Assembly (NCBI GenBank): GCA_965261135.1
Contig: OZ253443.1
Span: forward strand, 2,300,391-2,364,390
DNA from: Acidimicrobiia bacterium
GTDB taxonomy: Bacteria; Actinomycetota; Acidimicrobiia; Spongiisociales; ZC4RG35
Length of the DNA stretch: 64,000 nt
Direction: 5' to 3'
The notes under the pieces were generated by a model, which did not search any database, was not told the origin of the DNA, and saw only the letters and a list, made by a program, of their open reading frames with translations. Shown piece after piece: positions 8,993 through 18,538 of the stretch. A program made the position numbers and the translations under genes. The number at the start of each line of letters is the position of its first letter. The first letter of the stretch is position 1.

Positions 8993-11203
8993 TCAACCTG
9001 CCGTGGTTGTCGTGGTGTCGTCGGGCGTCTCTGTCTCTTCCGGATCGGTGGTCTCTGTTCCCTCCGGAGCGGTGGTCTCGGTTGTCGTGGTGATCTCGGG
9101 GCCTTCGGAGACCACCACCACCACCTGGCTGCCCTCCTCCACTTCCTCACCCGCCCCCGGCTCGGTCCTGATCACTCCACCCACCACGACCGTATCGGAA
9201 GCCTCGACCACCTCCACCCAATCCAAGCCCAGATCCGCCAAGACCGAGAGCGCCTCACTGCTGGGCAACCCCACCACATCCGGCACCACCGGCAACGCGA
9301 CGCCACTCGAGATCACCACCACCACCTGCTCGACAGCGGCAATACCCCCACCTGCGCCCGGCTCGGTCCTGATCACATGGCCCACCGCGACCGTATCGGA
9401 AGCCTCGGTCGTCTCGGCCCACCTCAGACCCGACTGCGCCAGAACCGAGAGCGCCTCACTACTTGACAGCCCCACCACGTCAGGAATCACCAGCAGTTCC
9501 GGGCCCTCGGAGATCACCACCACCACCTGCTCGATAGCGGTAATACCCCCTCCTGCGCCCGGCTCGGTCCTGATCACATGGCCCGCCGCGACCGTATCGG
9601 AAATCTCGGTCGTCTCGGCCCACCTGAGACCCGACTGCGCCAGAACCGAGAGCGCCTCGCTGCCGGGCAGCCCCGCCAAATCGGGGACCACCAGCAATCC
9701 GGGGCCGGTCGCCACCATCAGATCGATCGGGGTTCCTGCTGGCAAAAGCGGCCCCGGCAGGGGATCCTGGTCGATGACCGTCCCCACCTGGAAACCGCTG
9801 TCCTCGACGAATTCGATCTGACCCACCGTGAATGCCTGGGCCAGGATGAGGTTCTCAGCCGTGCCCTGGGTTTGGCCGATCACCAAGGGAACGCCAAACT
9901 TCTCCAGCCCGCTGGAGACCACCACTTCCACCTCGGTGCGAGACTCCACCCGCTCCCCCGCCGCGGGATTGGTGGCGATCACCCTTCCTTCGGGCATCTC
10001 CTGGCTGTTCCGGCGGACGACCCGAACGATCAGCCCCGATTCCTGTATGGAGGAAAAGGCGTCGGTCTCCCATCTTCCCACCACATCGGGGATGGCGACC
10101 ACCACCGCGTCCGGTGTCGGCTCGGGCGCCTGGAGCAGGGACCAGACCACCCAACTCAAACCGGCCAAGGCGGCCAGAAGCACCAATACCCCCACTACGA
10201 AGGGCAGGGGCACCGAACGGCGCTCCTGCATGTGCGGGTAGTAGCTCTGGGGAATTACCCTCCCTCCCCTCCGAGCCCCGCTCCCGCCCACTCGAGACAC
10301 GGCAATGGGCTGGCGCACCATCACCTGCTCCTGTTTCGGAGTCACCGATGGTTGAGAAGGCGCGCCGGTGGGAATCCTCTCTCCCCTCAGCCATGCCTCC
10401 AAATCCCGGAGGAGCGACTCCGTATCCTGGTAGCGGCTATCGGGGTCCTTGGCAAGGGCCCGCAGCACGATGGTGTCCAGTTCGGGAGGGATCTCGCGGT
10501 TCTGGGAGGAAGGAGGAGGGACTTCTGTGGAGACATGCTGATAGGCGACGGCCATGGGAGTCTCGCCCTGAAAAGGAGGTCGGCCCACCAACATCTCGTA
10601 AAGAACCACCCCCAACGAGTAGATGTCGGAGCGTCGATCGGCAGAGCGACCTTGAGCCTGTTCAGGACTGAAGTAGGTGGCGGTCCCGATGATCGAGCCG
10701 GTCTGAGTCAAGTCGGTAGAGTGAATCCATGCCCGGGCGATCCCGAAGTCGGCCACCTTCACCGTCCCGTCGGTGGTGAGCATGATGTTTCCCGGTTTCA
10801 CATCCCGGTGGATCACCCCCAAACGGTGCGCGGTGGCCAGGGCCAGGACCACTTGGCGGGCTATCTCCACCGCCCGCCGGGGAGAAAGAGGTCTTCCCTC
10901 GCGGATGAGATCGCTCAGACAGTCCCCCTCCACCAGTTCCATCACCATGTAATACGACCCTTCCGCCTCTCCCCAGTCGTAAATGCCCACGATGTTGGGA
11001 TGGTTCAGATTGGCGGCGGATTGAGCTTCGCGGCGAAATCGTCGCACGAAGGATGCGTCTTCGCTGTGCGATTTGGGAAGAATTTTGACAGCCACCCGTC
11101 TGCCCAGGGCAACATCCACCGCCAGGTAGACGTCCGACATGCCCCCTTTGGCCAGATGGCTCACTAATCGGTAACGATCAGCCAGGGTGTAGGGGAGTTC
11201 CAT
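8993..11203 (-). CDS. pknB: Ser/Thr protein kinase PknB with a TM segment and five PASTA domains
   Basis: LAKGGMSDVY, VAVKIL, HRDVKPGNIM, VKVADFGIAR, GTATYFSPEQ, SDIYSLG; TM segment; five [IV]P[DL][VL][VIA]G PASTA starts. Confidence 0.95.
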   Translation of the reverse strand: MELPYTLADRYRLVSHLAKGGMSDVYLAVDVALGRRVAVKILPKSHSEDASFVRRFRREAQSAANLNHPNIVGIYDWGEAEGSYYMVMELVEGDCLSDLIREGRPLSPRRAVEIARQVVLALATAHRLGVIHRDVKPGNIMLTTDGTVKVADFGIARAWIHSTDLTQTGSIIGTATYFSPEQAQGRSADRRSDIYSLGVVLYEMLVGRPPFQGETPMAVAYQHVSTEVPPPSSQNREIPPELDTIVLRALAKDPDSRYQDTESLLRDLEAWLRGERIPTGAPSQPSVTPKQEQVMVRQPIAVSRVGGSGARRGGRVIPQSYYPHMQERRSVPLPFVVGVLVLLAALAGLSWVVWSLLQAPEPTPDAVVVAIPDVVGRWETDAFSSIQESGLIVRVVRRNSQEMPEGRVIATNPAAGERVESRTEVEVVVSSGLEKFGVPLVIGQTQGTAENLILAQAFTVGQIEFVEDSGFQVGTVIDQDPLPGPLLPAGTPIDLMVATGPGLLVVPDLAGLPGSEALSVLAQSGLRWAETTEISDTVAAGHVIRTEPGAGGGITAIEQVVVVISEGPELLVIPDVVGLSSSEALSVLAQSGLRWAETTEASDTVAVGHVIRTEPGAGGGIAAVEQVVVVISSGVALPVVPDVVGLPSSEALSVLADLGLDWVEVVEASDTVVVGGVIRTEPGAGEEVEEGSQVVVVVSEGPEITTTTETTAPEGTETTDPEETETPDDTTTTTAG
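9110..9710. repeat. Three near-identical 201-bp tandem units encoding PASTA domains 3-5
   Basis: CTCGGTCCTGATCAC recurs at 9161, 9362 and 9563, an exact 201-bp period. Confidence 0.9.
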
Positions 11204-11271
11204 CTCCTAGGCGATAATAGAAACCAGTCAGGCCTAACAGGCGTCGTTTCGCCCGTTCCGATGCCTCTGGG

Positions 11272-12642
11272 CTAGCTCCGCTGCAGCCAATAGGAGAGCA
11301 ACTCCGAGGCAACCGGCGCCGCGGCGGTGCCTCCGGTCACCGACTCTCCGAACTCCCCGCCCGGCTCGATCATCACCGCCAAGGCGATGGTGGGGGAATC
11401 CACCGGGGCGAATCCCACGAACCAAGCGTGATTTCGCCCATCCGCATCCCGTCCGGTGCCGGTCTTGCCGGCCACCCGGTACCCCGCCACCGTGGCTTCC
11501 TGACCCGTGCCTTCGGTGATCACCCGTTCCATCATGCGGGCCAGCTCGGCCGCGGTCTCCGCGGCGACCAGCCGCCTCTCTGGAGGGGTAGCCACCCTCT
11601 CGATGACGTCACCGTCTGCGTCTGTCCAACTCGCCACCAGATGCGGTACGGCCATACGCCCGCCGTTGGCTACCACCGCAGCCAGCGAAGCCATGTGGAG
11701 GGGGGAAGAATAGGCCAGTCGGCCTGTTCCGGCAGAAGCCAGCAGATCGGGATCGGAGGATCTCTCCGCTCCAAAAACCGGGATCGGTGTCTGCAGGGGA
11801 AACTCCATCGCCGCCCCGAATCCGAAAGCAGCAGCATAGGCCTCGAGGACCTCCGAACCCATTTCCAAAGCCAGTTCGGCGAAGGGCAAGTCACAAGACA
11901 GCACGAATGAGGTGAGCAAGCTGACCTGCGACGAATCCCCGCAGGGAACATTCCCGGGGTTGGCGATGGTCAAAGAGGCCCCCGGGATCTGCCATGCGGC
12001 GCGGTCCTCGAACAAGCTCTCGATGCCGACGGTCTCCGTATCGATCCCGGCTGCGGCGCTGACGATCTTGAACACCGACCCCAATGGATAGAGGGCGTCG
12101 GCAGCCCTTTCCGTCACCGGAGACCCCGGTGAGGAAACCAGCGCCAGCACCTCGCCGGTGTCGGGACGAACAGCCGCCACCGCACCACGACGGCGGGCCA
12201 GGATCTCATAGGCCCGCTGCTGTAGGTCGGCGTCTATGGTTATCTGCAGTCCGCGCGGACGAAGATCCTCACCGAACAGGGCCGCCATCAGGTCCGAGAC
12301 ACTGAGATCGCGACGGGAACGCAACTGGTCGGCAAAGATCTCCTCCAATCCACCCGGCGAGGATTCCGTTCCCACCACCGAGCTAAAGGCCTCCCCCGCC
12401 GGATACTTCCTGTTATAGGAACGGAAGCTATCGGGGTCCTGGGAGGAAAAAGCCAAAACCGTGCCCCCCACAGTGCTGATCATCCCCCGTTCTTTTCCAG
12501 CCTGGAGAAGGGCAATCCGTCGGTTGTCGGGATGGTCCCGGTAGCGATCGGCGGCCACCATTTGGTGCCAGGTCGCCCCCACCACCAACACGACCATCCC
12601 CACCATCAGAAACAGGGCAACCCGGCGGATAGGGCGATTCAC
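11272..12642 (-). CDS. pbpA: Class B penicillin-binding protein (PbpA-like)
   Basis: N-terminal anchor, YPLGSVFK (SxxK), SCD, AGKTGT, HAWFVGFAP; overlaps rodA. Confidence 0.88.
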   Translation of the reverse strand: MNRPIRRVALFLMVGMVVLVVGATWHQMVAADRYRDHPDNRRIALLQAGKERGMISTVGGTVLAFSSQDPDSFRSYNRKYPAGEAFSSVVGTESSPGGLEEIFADQLRSRRDLSVSDLMAALFGEDLRPRGLQITIDADLQQRAYEILARRRGAVAAVRPDTGEVLALVSSPGSPVTERAADALYPLGSVFKIVSAAAGIDTETVGIESLFEDRAAWQIPGASLTIANPGNVPCGDSSQVSLLTSFVLSCDLPFAELALEMGSEVLEAYAAAFGFGAAMEFPLQTPIPVFGAERSSDPDLLASAGTGRLAYSSPLHMASLAAVVANGGRMAVPHLVASWTDADGDVIERVATPPERRLVAAETAAELARMMERVITEGTGQEATVAGYRVAGKTGTGRDADGRNHAWFVGFAPVDSPTIALAVMIEPGGEFGESVTGGTAAAPVASELLSYWLQRS

Positions 12643-13907
12643 AGCAACCCATGCTCCTCATGGCTGATCCTCAGCAACAGCGCCATCGCCAACCAGCCCG
12701 CCACCAGGGGGATCCCCCCGTAGGCCAGGAACGGCAAACCAAGCCCGGTGGGCGGCAGCAGACGCTCCAGTCCCCCGGCGCCGGCCAAAAACATCAGGCC
12801 CAACAGAACCGAGAGCGCTGCGGCGGCCACTTTGCAGAAGAGATCACGGGAACCGATCGCCACTCCTATCCCCGCCGCAGCCACCAGTGCGTAGAGCACT
12901 ATCACCGCCACCGTTCCCGCCAATCCCAGTTCTTCACCCAAGGCGGCCAGAATCCAGTCGCTGGTGGCGTGAGGGACCAACTCGGGATCACCCATCCCCA
13001 ATCCGGAACCCGACAAATGTCCGCTTCCCACCGCCAGGAGACTTTCTTTCAACCCGGCGCCTGCTTCACCGGCGGCAAACGGATCCAGCCAAATCCCCAG
13101 GGTCTCCCGGACCCGGGAAGAAGTCAACCCCAAAACGACTCCGATTCCCAAGAGCGCCATACCCGTCCAGATAACCCGACCCTCGCCGGTCGCCATGTAG
13201 GCGATGCTCGCCGAGAGGACCACCAGCATCGCCCAGGCGGTGAGGTCGCCGGTCGCCCAGAGCAGCGGCAACGTAGCCGCCCACACCGCCGCCATCAAAA
13301 TAAGATCCCTCATGGAGGCCAACCGGGTGTCGGCCCCCGCAGAGGGCGGATCCAAAGCCCACCGTGAGTGGATGCCGGCCAGACCAACCGCCAACATCAC
13401 TGCACCCAATCCAAAAGGCTGGGCCAAAAAAGAGACGCGCCCCCAGCCGATGGTTAACCAGAGCCCTGCGCCGGCATCAGAACCACCGCCCAACAGGCGA
13501 GGCAGGAAAGGCAGGACGATCAGACACAGTCCGGCGACGGCAAGCCAATAGCCAACCGACATCAGCCTTCCCATCCCCGTGCGGAACGCCAGGACGCCGA
13601 TGGCGGCCACGACGCCCGCCACCACCCACCACATTTGGATAGGCGCTTGGGTGGGATCAATGCGATAGATCTCCACCAGTCCCAGGGCAACGAGCAACGC
13701 GGCGGGCGAGACCAGAAACGGTGTGGCGCCCGGCGCCCAACGGCGCACCGCCACCACCAGCCCGGCCAGACAACATCCGAAAGCCAGGAAAACCACCGCG
13801 GCCGCCCAACTGATTCGCCCGGTCTTTCCGAAGTCCACCAATGCCGCACCCAAGCCGGCGACCGCTGCCGAACCGGCCAACGAGGCCGCTTCGGTGATCC
13901 GTCTCAT
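12639..13907 (-). CDS. rodA: SEDS family protein RodA/FtsW
   Basis: Polytopic; WLDPF, G.GLGMGDPELVPHATSDWILAALGEELG, GLGLPFLAYGG. Confidence 0.88.
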   Translation of the reverse strand: MRRITEAASLAGSAAVAGLGAALVDFGKTGRISWAAAVVFLAFGCCLAGLVVAVRRWAPGATPFLVSPAALLVALGLVEIYRIDPTQAPIQMWWVVAGVVAAIGVLAFRTGMGRLMSVGYWLAVAGLCLIVLPFLPRLLGGGSDAGAGLWLTIGWGRVSFLAQPFGLGAVMLAVGLAGIHSRWALDPPSAGADTRLASMRDLILMAAVWAATLPLLWATGDLTAWAMLVVLSASIAYMATGEGRVIWTGMALLGIGVVLGLTSSRVRETLGIWLDPFAAGEAGAGLKESLLAVGSGHLSGSGLGMGDPELVPHATSDWILAALGEELGLAGTVAVIVLYALVAAAGIGVAIGSRDLFCKVAAAALSVLLGLMFLAGAGGLERLLPPTGLGLPFLAYGGIPLVAGWLAMALLLRISHEEHGLL

Positions 13908-14605
13908 GACGAGATGTCAGCCAGCACTACCGTGACGTTGTCCGAGGCGCCTCTGCCCAGTGCGATCTCCACCAAACCCCATACACACTCCTCGGCGTCA
14001 CCGCTCTCCAGCACTCTCCTCAAATCTTGGTCCGACAGCATCCTGTACAGCCCGTCGGAACAGACCAGCCACCGGTCGCCGTCCTTGAGAGACATCTTCG
14101 TCTCTTCCACCTCCAGCCCGGTGTCAAAACCGAGTACCCTCACCAGGCTCCCCGAGCTGGGAAGATTCTGGGCCTTGATCGGATCCATTCCCCTCTGTAC
14201 CCACTGCCAGGCAACGGTGTGGTCGTTGGTCAACTCCATGATCCGACCCTGCCGGTATAAATAGGCCCGGGTATCCCCAACATGCGCCACCCGGGCCATC
14301 CCGCCGGTGAACTCCACCAAGGTGAGCGTGGTGTATGTGCCTTCCCAACGGGGCTCGCGCCTCACCAATTCCAAAATGGCCTCATTTGCGGCCCTTACCC
14401 GGTCAGCGGGCAATCCGGTCGCGGCCCGGGCGGTGGTAACCGCCAACTCCGCGGAGACATGCCCGAATTTTTCTCCCCCCAATCCGTCCGCCACCATTAT
14501 CACCACCGGCTCCGCAGATCTGCCCGATCCGGCGGGATGCATGCGATCCTGATTGATTTCGGGGCCGAATCCCAAATGGGTGGCGGCTGCCCATGTGCAA
14601 ATCAT
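13904..14605 (-). CDS. pstP: PP2C/PPM family Ser/Thr phosphatase (PstP-like, cytoplasmic domain only)
   Basis: VADGLGG, AHVGDTRAY, LVCSDGL, ASDNVTVV. Confidence 0.88.
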   Translation of the reverse strand: MICTWAAATHLGFGPEINQDRMHPAGSGRSAEPVVIMVADGLGGEKFGHVSAELAVTTARAATGLPADRVRAANEAILELVRREPRWEGTYTTLTLVEFTGGMARVAHVGDTRAYLYRQGRIMELTNDHTVAWQWVQRGMDPIKAQNLPSSGSLVRVLGFDTGLEVEETKMSLKDGDRWLVCSDGLYRMLSDQDLRRVLESGDAEECVWGLVEIALGRGASDNVTVVLADISS

Positions 14606-15015
14606 CGAACCTCCAGGACCGTTCGACCCACCTGCAAGGCATCTCCGCGAGCCAGGTCGACCGGGTTCCGCAGCCTACGGCCATTGAGATAGGTACCGTT
14701 GTCGCTTCCCAGGTCGCTGGCTGACAGCTTTCCCTGGCGACGGCTTATACGAAGATGAAACTCCGACGCATACGGATCGTCTATCGGGACATCGGCATCG
14801 GGGCTCTTCCCCAACACCACCGAATCGGCTACGGTGAAATGCATACCGGCTTGAGAATCCGAGCGGATGAACACCAGCCTGAACCCGCGCCGAGAAGCAC
14901 GGAGGGAAAACCCCAGCCCCAAGTGATCGGTGAGACCCTTGGCGACATACCATACGAACAGGTAGATCAACGCCAGAAAAATCAACCGAAGCGCCGTAAA
15001 CACAAAATCGGTCAC
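14602..15015 (-). CDS. fhaB: FHA domain protein (FhaB/FipA-like) with an N-terminal TM segment
   Basis: LRLIFLALIYLFVW anchor; LGKSPDAD, DPYASEFH, DLGSDNGTYLNG. Confidence 0.85.
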   Translation of the reverse strand: MTDFVFTALRLIFLALIYLFVWYVAKGLTDHLGLGFSLRASRRGFRLVFIRSDSQAGMHFTVADSVVLGKSPDADVPIDDPYASEFHLRISRRQGKLSASDLGSDNGTYLNGRRLRNPVDLARGDALQVGRTVLEVR

Positions 15016-15151
15016 GGATGGAACCTCCCCGACGGGTCTCCACCATACATGGTGTTTAGTGTATGTCAGCCCCGGCCTTTCGCGCCGACACTATTTCCCA
15101 TTATTCTTTTTCCAGCCCCGTTTGGGATTGGGTACAATGGGCACTCCCCGG

Positions 15152-15240
15152 GGGCGAGTGGCGAAATTGGCAGACGCGCAGGATTCAGGATCCTGTGGGC
15201 TTTAACACCCGTGGGGGTTCAAGTCCCCCCTCGCCCACCA
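15152..15240 (+). tRNA. tRNA-Leu(CAG), CCA encoded
   Basis: Acceptor GGGCGAG/CTCGCCC, anticodon loop TTCAGGA, long variable arm, GTTCAAGTC T-loop, ends ACCA at 15240. Confidence 0.96.
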
Positions 15241-15440
15241 CGGTCCGTTAGGGAGTAATGGCCTGCGCGTTAGGGACTTAACCGCTGACGCGCTGATTTT
15301 GCCGTATTTTGGTGGTTTCGGGGGTTCTTTCCCCGTTTCAGAAGGTGGTCTTTGCTGGATCGCGTGGCCTTTAGGGTGCCCCGCTGTCAGGGTTGGGCTT
15401 TTCGGGCGCGGCGAAGCCGACAGTAGGGGTTACTGTCGGC
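15241..15440. repeat. Conserved left end, copy 1
   Basis: TTAGGGAGTAA (15248) and TTAGGGACTTA (15270); GACGCGCTGA; hairpin GCCGACAGTA-GGGGT-TACTGTCGGC (15416-15440); homologous to 37803-37995 and 39759-39947. Confidence 0.85.
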
Positions 15441-15461
15441 GAGAAGGCGGCATCGGTTGGG

Positions 15462-17249
15462 TTAGGGAGGTCCCCGGGGTGACTTGGCCGGAGTGGAGGG
15501 TGCCTCGCTGGGGGGCGTGTCCGTCGGTTCGGTTTCGGGGATGGTCTTTTCGTGTTGTGGTTGGTTTCTGCTGAAGCGGATGGCTTCTGCGATGTTGTGG
15601 GCTATGACTTTGGCGAGGGCGCCGAGGGTGATCGCCATCTGGTTGAAGACGCGGCACCATCCGACTGCGAAGGCGCCTTTGTCGCCGATCATCGAGTTTT
15701 TGGTTTCGCTGTTGTTGCGGCGGCCCTTGTAGCTTTTTGTCCACGCGGGCGTGCCCGAAGGGATTCGTTGGTAGCTGTCGAGTTTTTCGACCGGGACGGT
15801 TACCAGACCTTCACAACAGTATTCGTATTCGTCGTCGATGGCAAGATACGGAACCGGGCTTTTGGTGGGGGTTGCGTTGGAGTTGCGGGTCTTGGCGGAG
15901 GTTTTGACTCTTCCTGCGCATTGGGGGCAGATGAGTTGCACAGCACCGTCCTTGAGGTACCGGTGGACTGTCCACCGCCAGGGAGACCGGTCGACGCACC
16001 AATCTTCGAATGCCTCGCCGGTAAGGTCCGGGGACGGCACCAGGAGTTTTTCGGGTAGCCATGGTGAGAAGAACGACCCCAGATGGCGCATGAGCTGTTG
16101 TTTGTCGTTCCTTCCGACGTATACAGGGACAGGCCTTTCGACTTCGCCGGGGTTGTAGTCCATGACCACGTCCATGCCCTGCTTGTGGAGTTCTCGACAG
16201 AAGGTCTTTCGTTTGTTGGTGTAGGCGCGGTCGGCGATTATATCCTCGATCCCGGGAGCGATTTCTAATGCCCTGTCAACGAGGTCCAGTCCGACCAATC
16301 CGGGATTGGTGGCTCCGGGGACCAGGGCCATGGCGAGGATGAACTTCGGCGGAGCCTTTTTGAAGGCGAGCTTGCGGGGGTCGCCCGCCCACTTGACACC
16401 AGGAACCCCTGTAAGGAGATGGAGGTCATATCCGAGCACAATGCGGGCTTTTTCCCTGTTTGTGGCGGTTTTGTATGTGAGGCGGGCAAAGAAATCGTGG
16501 CTACGGATCATCCTCTTGTCGGAACCGAAAGTGCCGATCTCATAGGTGAAGGGACCAGTCACGGTCGGGAGTTCCGGTTCGGGAAGGTCAGCCTTGTCGC
16601 GTGCTGCAAGCTCGTGCTCGGCCAGAGCGTCCTTTTCCTTCACAAAGGTCTTGGACACCCCCCAAGATTCGAGGACCTTGGCATCTATAGAACCGGCAGT
16701 GATCAATCTCCGATATCTCTTGGGAACGGTTGCCTTCACAAAGGTGTGGCACATCCAGTCCAGATCGAAGATGGCTTCTATCTCTTCGGCCCATTTGGGA
16801 CCGAGAGCCTCTTCGAGACGTTGCATCTGGTCGCATACAGAGTGGTAACTGACCGGAGGCGGGTTGTCTAGGTCCCAGAGTCCCAGTTGGTAGGCAATCT
16901 GGGAAGGGAGACCGTTCAGCACGGCGCACAAATCGGTGCGGCGATAAGACCCCAAGATATTGGCAGCCACGATCGCGGCTAGGAATAGGGCTTCCAGGCT
17001 GATCCGAGACTTGTACCCCGGGTGGTCGCGGAGGCGCCTGTCCAACGACCGGACCCTGCGGTTCTTTCTGATTAGCGCAAGGATTGGCCGGACTTGTTCA
17101 TCGACGGTCCAGATGGGAAATGCGTTGTCGTCGAAAGTCGCAGGGAAGTCTGGCAGGCGCCGCATCTTGTCAAGGAACCGGGCATCGTCGGCGCAGAGCC
17201 GACCCTTCCTAGCGGCCCGTTGGCGGCGGCGGCGAAGCGCACGGGTCAT
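15462..17249 (-). CDS. DDE transposase-like protein (IS4/IS5/IS1182 clan), 595 aa
   Basis: Putative triad GSIDAK (D), IIADRAY (D), YKGRRNNSE (YREK-like E); CPQC...CC putative Zn motif; lies next to the element left end. Confidence 0.75.
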   Translation of the reverse strand: MTRALRRRRQRAARKGRLCADDARFLDKMRRLPDFPATFDDNAFPIWTVDEQVRPILALIRKNRRVRSLDRRLRDHPGYKSRISLEALFLAAIVAANILGSYRRTDLCAVLNGLPSQIAYQLGLWDLDNPPPVSYHSVCDQMQRLEEALGPKWAEEIEAIFDLDWMCHTFVKATVPKRYRRLITAGSIDAKVLESWGVSKTFVKEKDALAEHELAARDKADLPEPELPTVTGPFTYEIGTFGSDKRMIRSHDFFARLTYKTATNREKARIVLGYDLHLLTGVPGVKWAGDPRKLAFKKAPPKFILAMALVPGATNPGLVGLDLVDRALEIAPGIEDIIADRAYTNKRKTFCRELHKQGMDVVMDYNPGEVERPVPVYVGRNDKQQLMRHLGSFFSPWLPEKLLVPSPDLTGEAFEDWCVDRSPWRWTVHRYLKDGAVQLICPQCAGRVKTSAKTRNSNATPTKSPVPYLAIDDEYEYCCEGLVTVPVEKLDSYQRIPSGTPAWTKSYKGRRNNSETKNSMIGDKGAFAVGWCRVFNQMAITLGALAKVIAHNIAEAIRFSRNQPQHEKTIPETEPTDTPPSEAPSTPAKSPRGPP

Positions 17250-18175
17250 GCCCGCAGTGCCTCTCTGACAGCTTCGGTTTCATCGAAGGCGGTCTTGATG
17301 TGACCGAGCAACCCGTCCAAGGTGTTGGCCGACAGCGGACCCGCTACCTGCCTCAGAGCGGCAAGGGGCGTACCCGCCGCCAAGTGAGCAAGAATCCAGG
17401 TGGACCGCGCTCGGCGAAGCACAAGTCCCTCGCCGCTGCCGGGGTCGAGCCTCGCGCAGATGTTGTAAACCAGGTTGCGTCCCCCGGCCTGGATGAACCG
17501 ACCACTCCCGGTTCCCTGAAGGGCTTGACGGACCAGTTCTGTGTGCGGGGGGCGGAAGGGCGTCAAGCGGGAGTGCTTTCCCCTCACCCGCACCGCCAGT
17601 CGCCCGTTGCCCACCTCCTCAATATCCTCGACCTGAGCAACAGCGACCTCTTTGCCGTTCAGTCCCGCTCCCAGGGCGCTGGCCACTATCCACAGCCGCT
17701 CCGTTCGGTTTAGGCGGCCAGGCAGTTTGGCTACCCGCAGGTAGCACTTCTCTTCGGCACCGCCGTAGGGCGAAGCGATTGCGCTTTTGCCTACCTGCGG
17801 CGAAGGGGACGGCCACGCTCCCGGGTTGGCGGCCCGCCCCACAGCTCGCAGGACCCAACGGGCGTTCTCCCGCCAGGTCGTGGCCCGATGAGCGTTCACG
17901 GTCATTGTCCAGTATTCGACATTGTTCGGATTGAGGACGGTGCGGACATCGCTGGTCCCCAAAGAGCGGCTGGCCCAAACCGCCAAACCGGCCGTGCAAC
18001 GAAGAAACCACCGCGCCTTTTCCGGGTTCTTCGGACCCGCAGCCGCTACCCAACTCCGCACCGTGCCCATCAACGGCTCCAACACACGCAGGTCATCGTC
18101 GGTCCACCCGACGGGTTGCCACCGTTCCAACACCCTTGCCATGTCCGGCGCCAACACTGGGACTCGTTTCGCCAT
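17246..18175 (-). CDS. Tyrosine-recombinase-fold protein lacking the catalytic Arg and Tyr
   Basis: GAGLNGKEV...EDI (box A, R to N), VRGKHSR, LRRARSTW (box B), AAGTPL..LRQVAGPLSANTLDGL (box C, no His/Tyr). Its TGA overlaps the transposase ATG (ATGA). Probable start ATG 18175; the ORF track starts at 18190. Confidence 0.7.
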   Translation of the reverse strand: MAKRVPVLAPDMARVLERWQPVGWTDDDLRVLEPLMGTVRSWVAAAGPKNPEKARWFLRCTAGLAVWASRSLGTSDVRTVLNPNNVEYWTMTVNAHRATTWRENARWVLRAVGRAANPGAWPSPSPQVGKSAIASPYGGAEEKCYLRVAKLPGRLNRTERLWIVASALGAGLNGKEVAVAQVEDIEEVGNGRLAVRVRGKHSRLTPFRPPHTELVRQALQGTGSGRFIQAGGRNLVYNICARLDPGSGEGLVLRRARSTWILAHLAAGTPLAALRQVAGPLSANTLDGLLGHIKTAFDETEAVREALRA

Positions 18176-18538
18176 TACACGCCCTCCCACTGCTGATCCT
18201 CAACGGTGATCTCTGACGTTCCGCAACACCCCTCTGACCGGTTCCCACGAACAAACCCGCACCCGGGTAGCACCATCCCAACAGTCACCAAAAACGCGGT
18301 CTGAACACTCAAACCCGTCATGAACCAACGCAGTCGCAACACAACCAGTTGCAATCTCGGGTCGGGACTTGACGCGGTGCGGGAATCCATATAACCCAAG
18401 TGAAGTACAGGGTTCCCCGAATATGCAAACACGGTCGAAACTTCCCTTAAGGACCTGGTCAAAGCAATAGTGTGTTCATTACGATCGACACTACTTTGAG
18501 GGTGGGACACTCCAGAATGCTCGACTACGCTTCACCGC

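Noticed and set aside
9110-9710. Regularly spaced repeats considered as a CRISPR array
   Set aside because: The period is 201 bp, in frame within PASTA domains, with no unique spacers. No CRISPR array or cas gene was seen in the window.
9578-11167. 529-aa plus-strand ORF, and similar long ORFs at 53206-54360 and 61091-62359
   Set aside because: Antisense to pknB, the substrate-binding protein and regX3/phoU, which have clear motifs.
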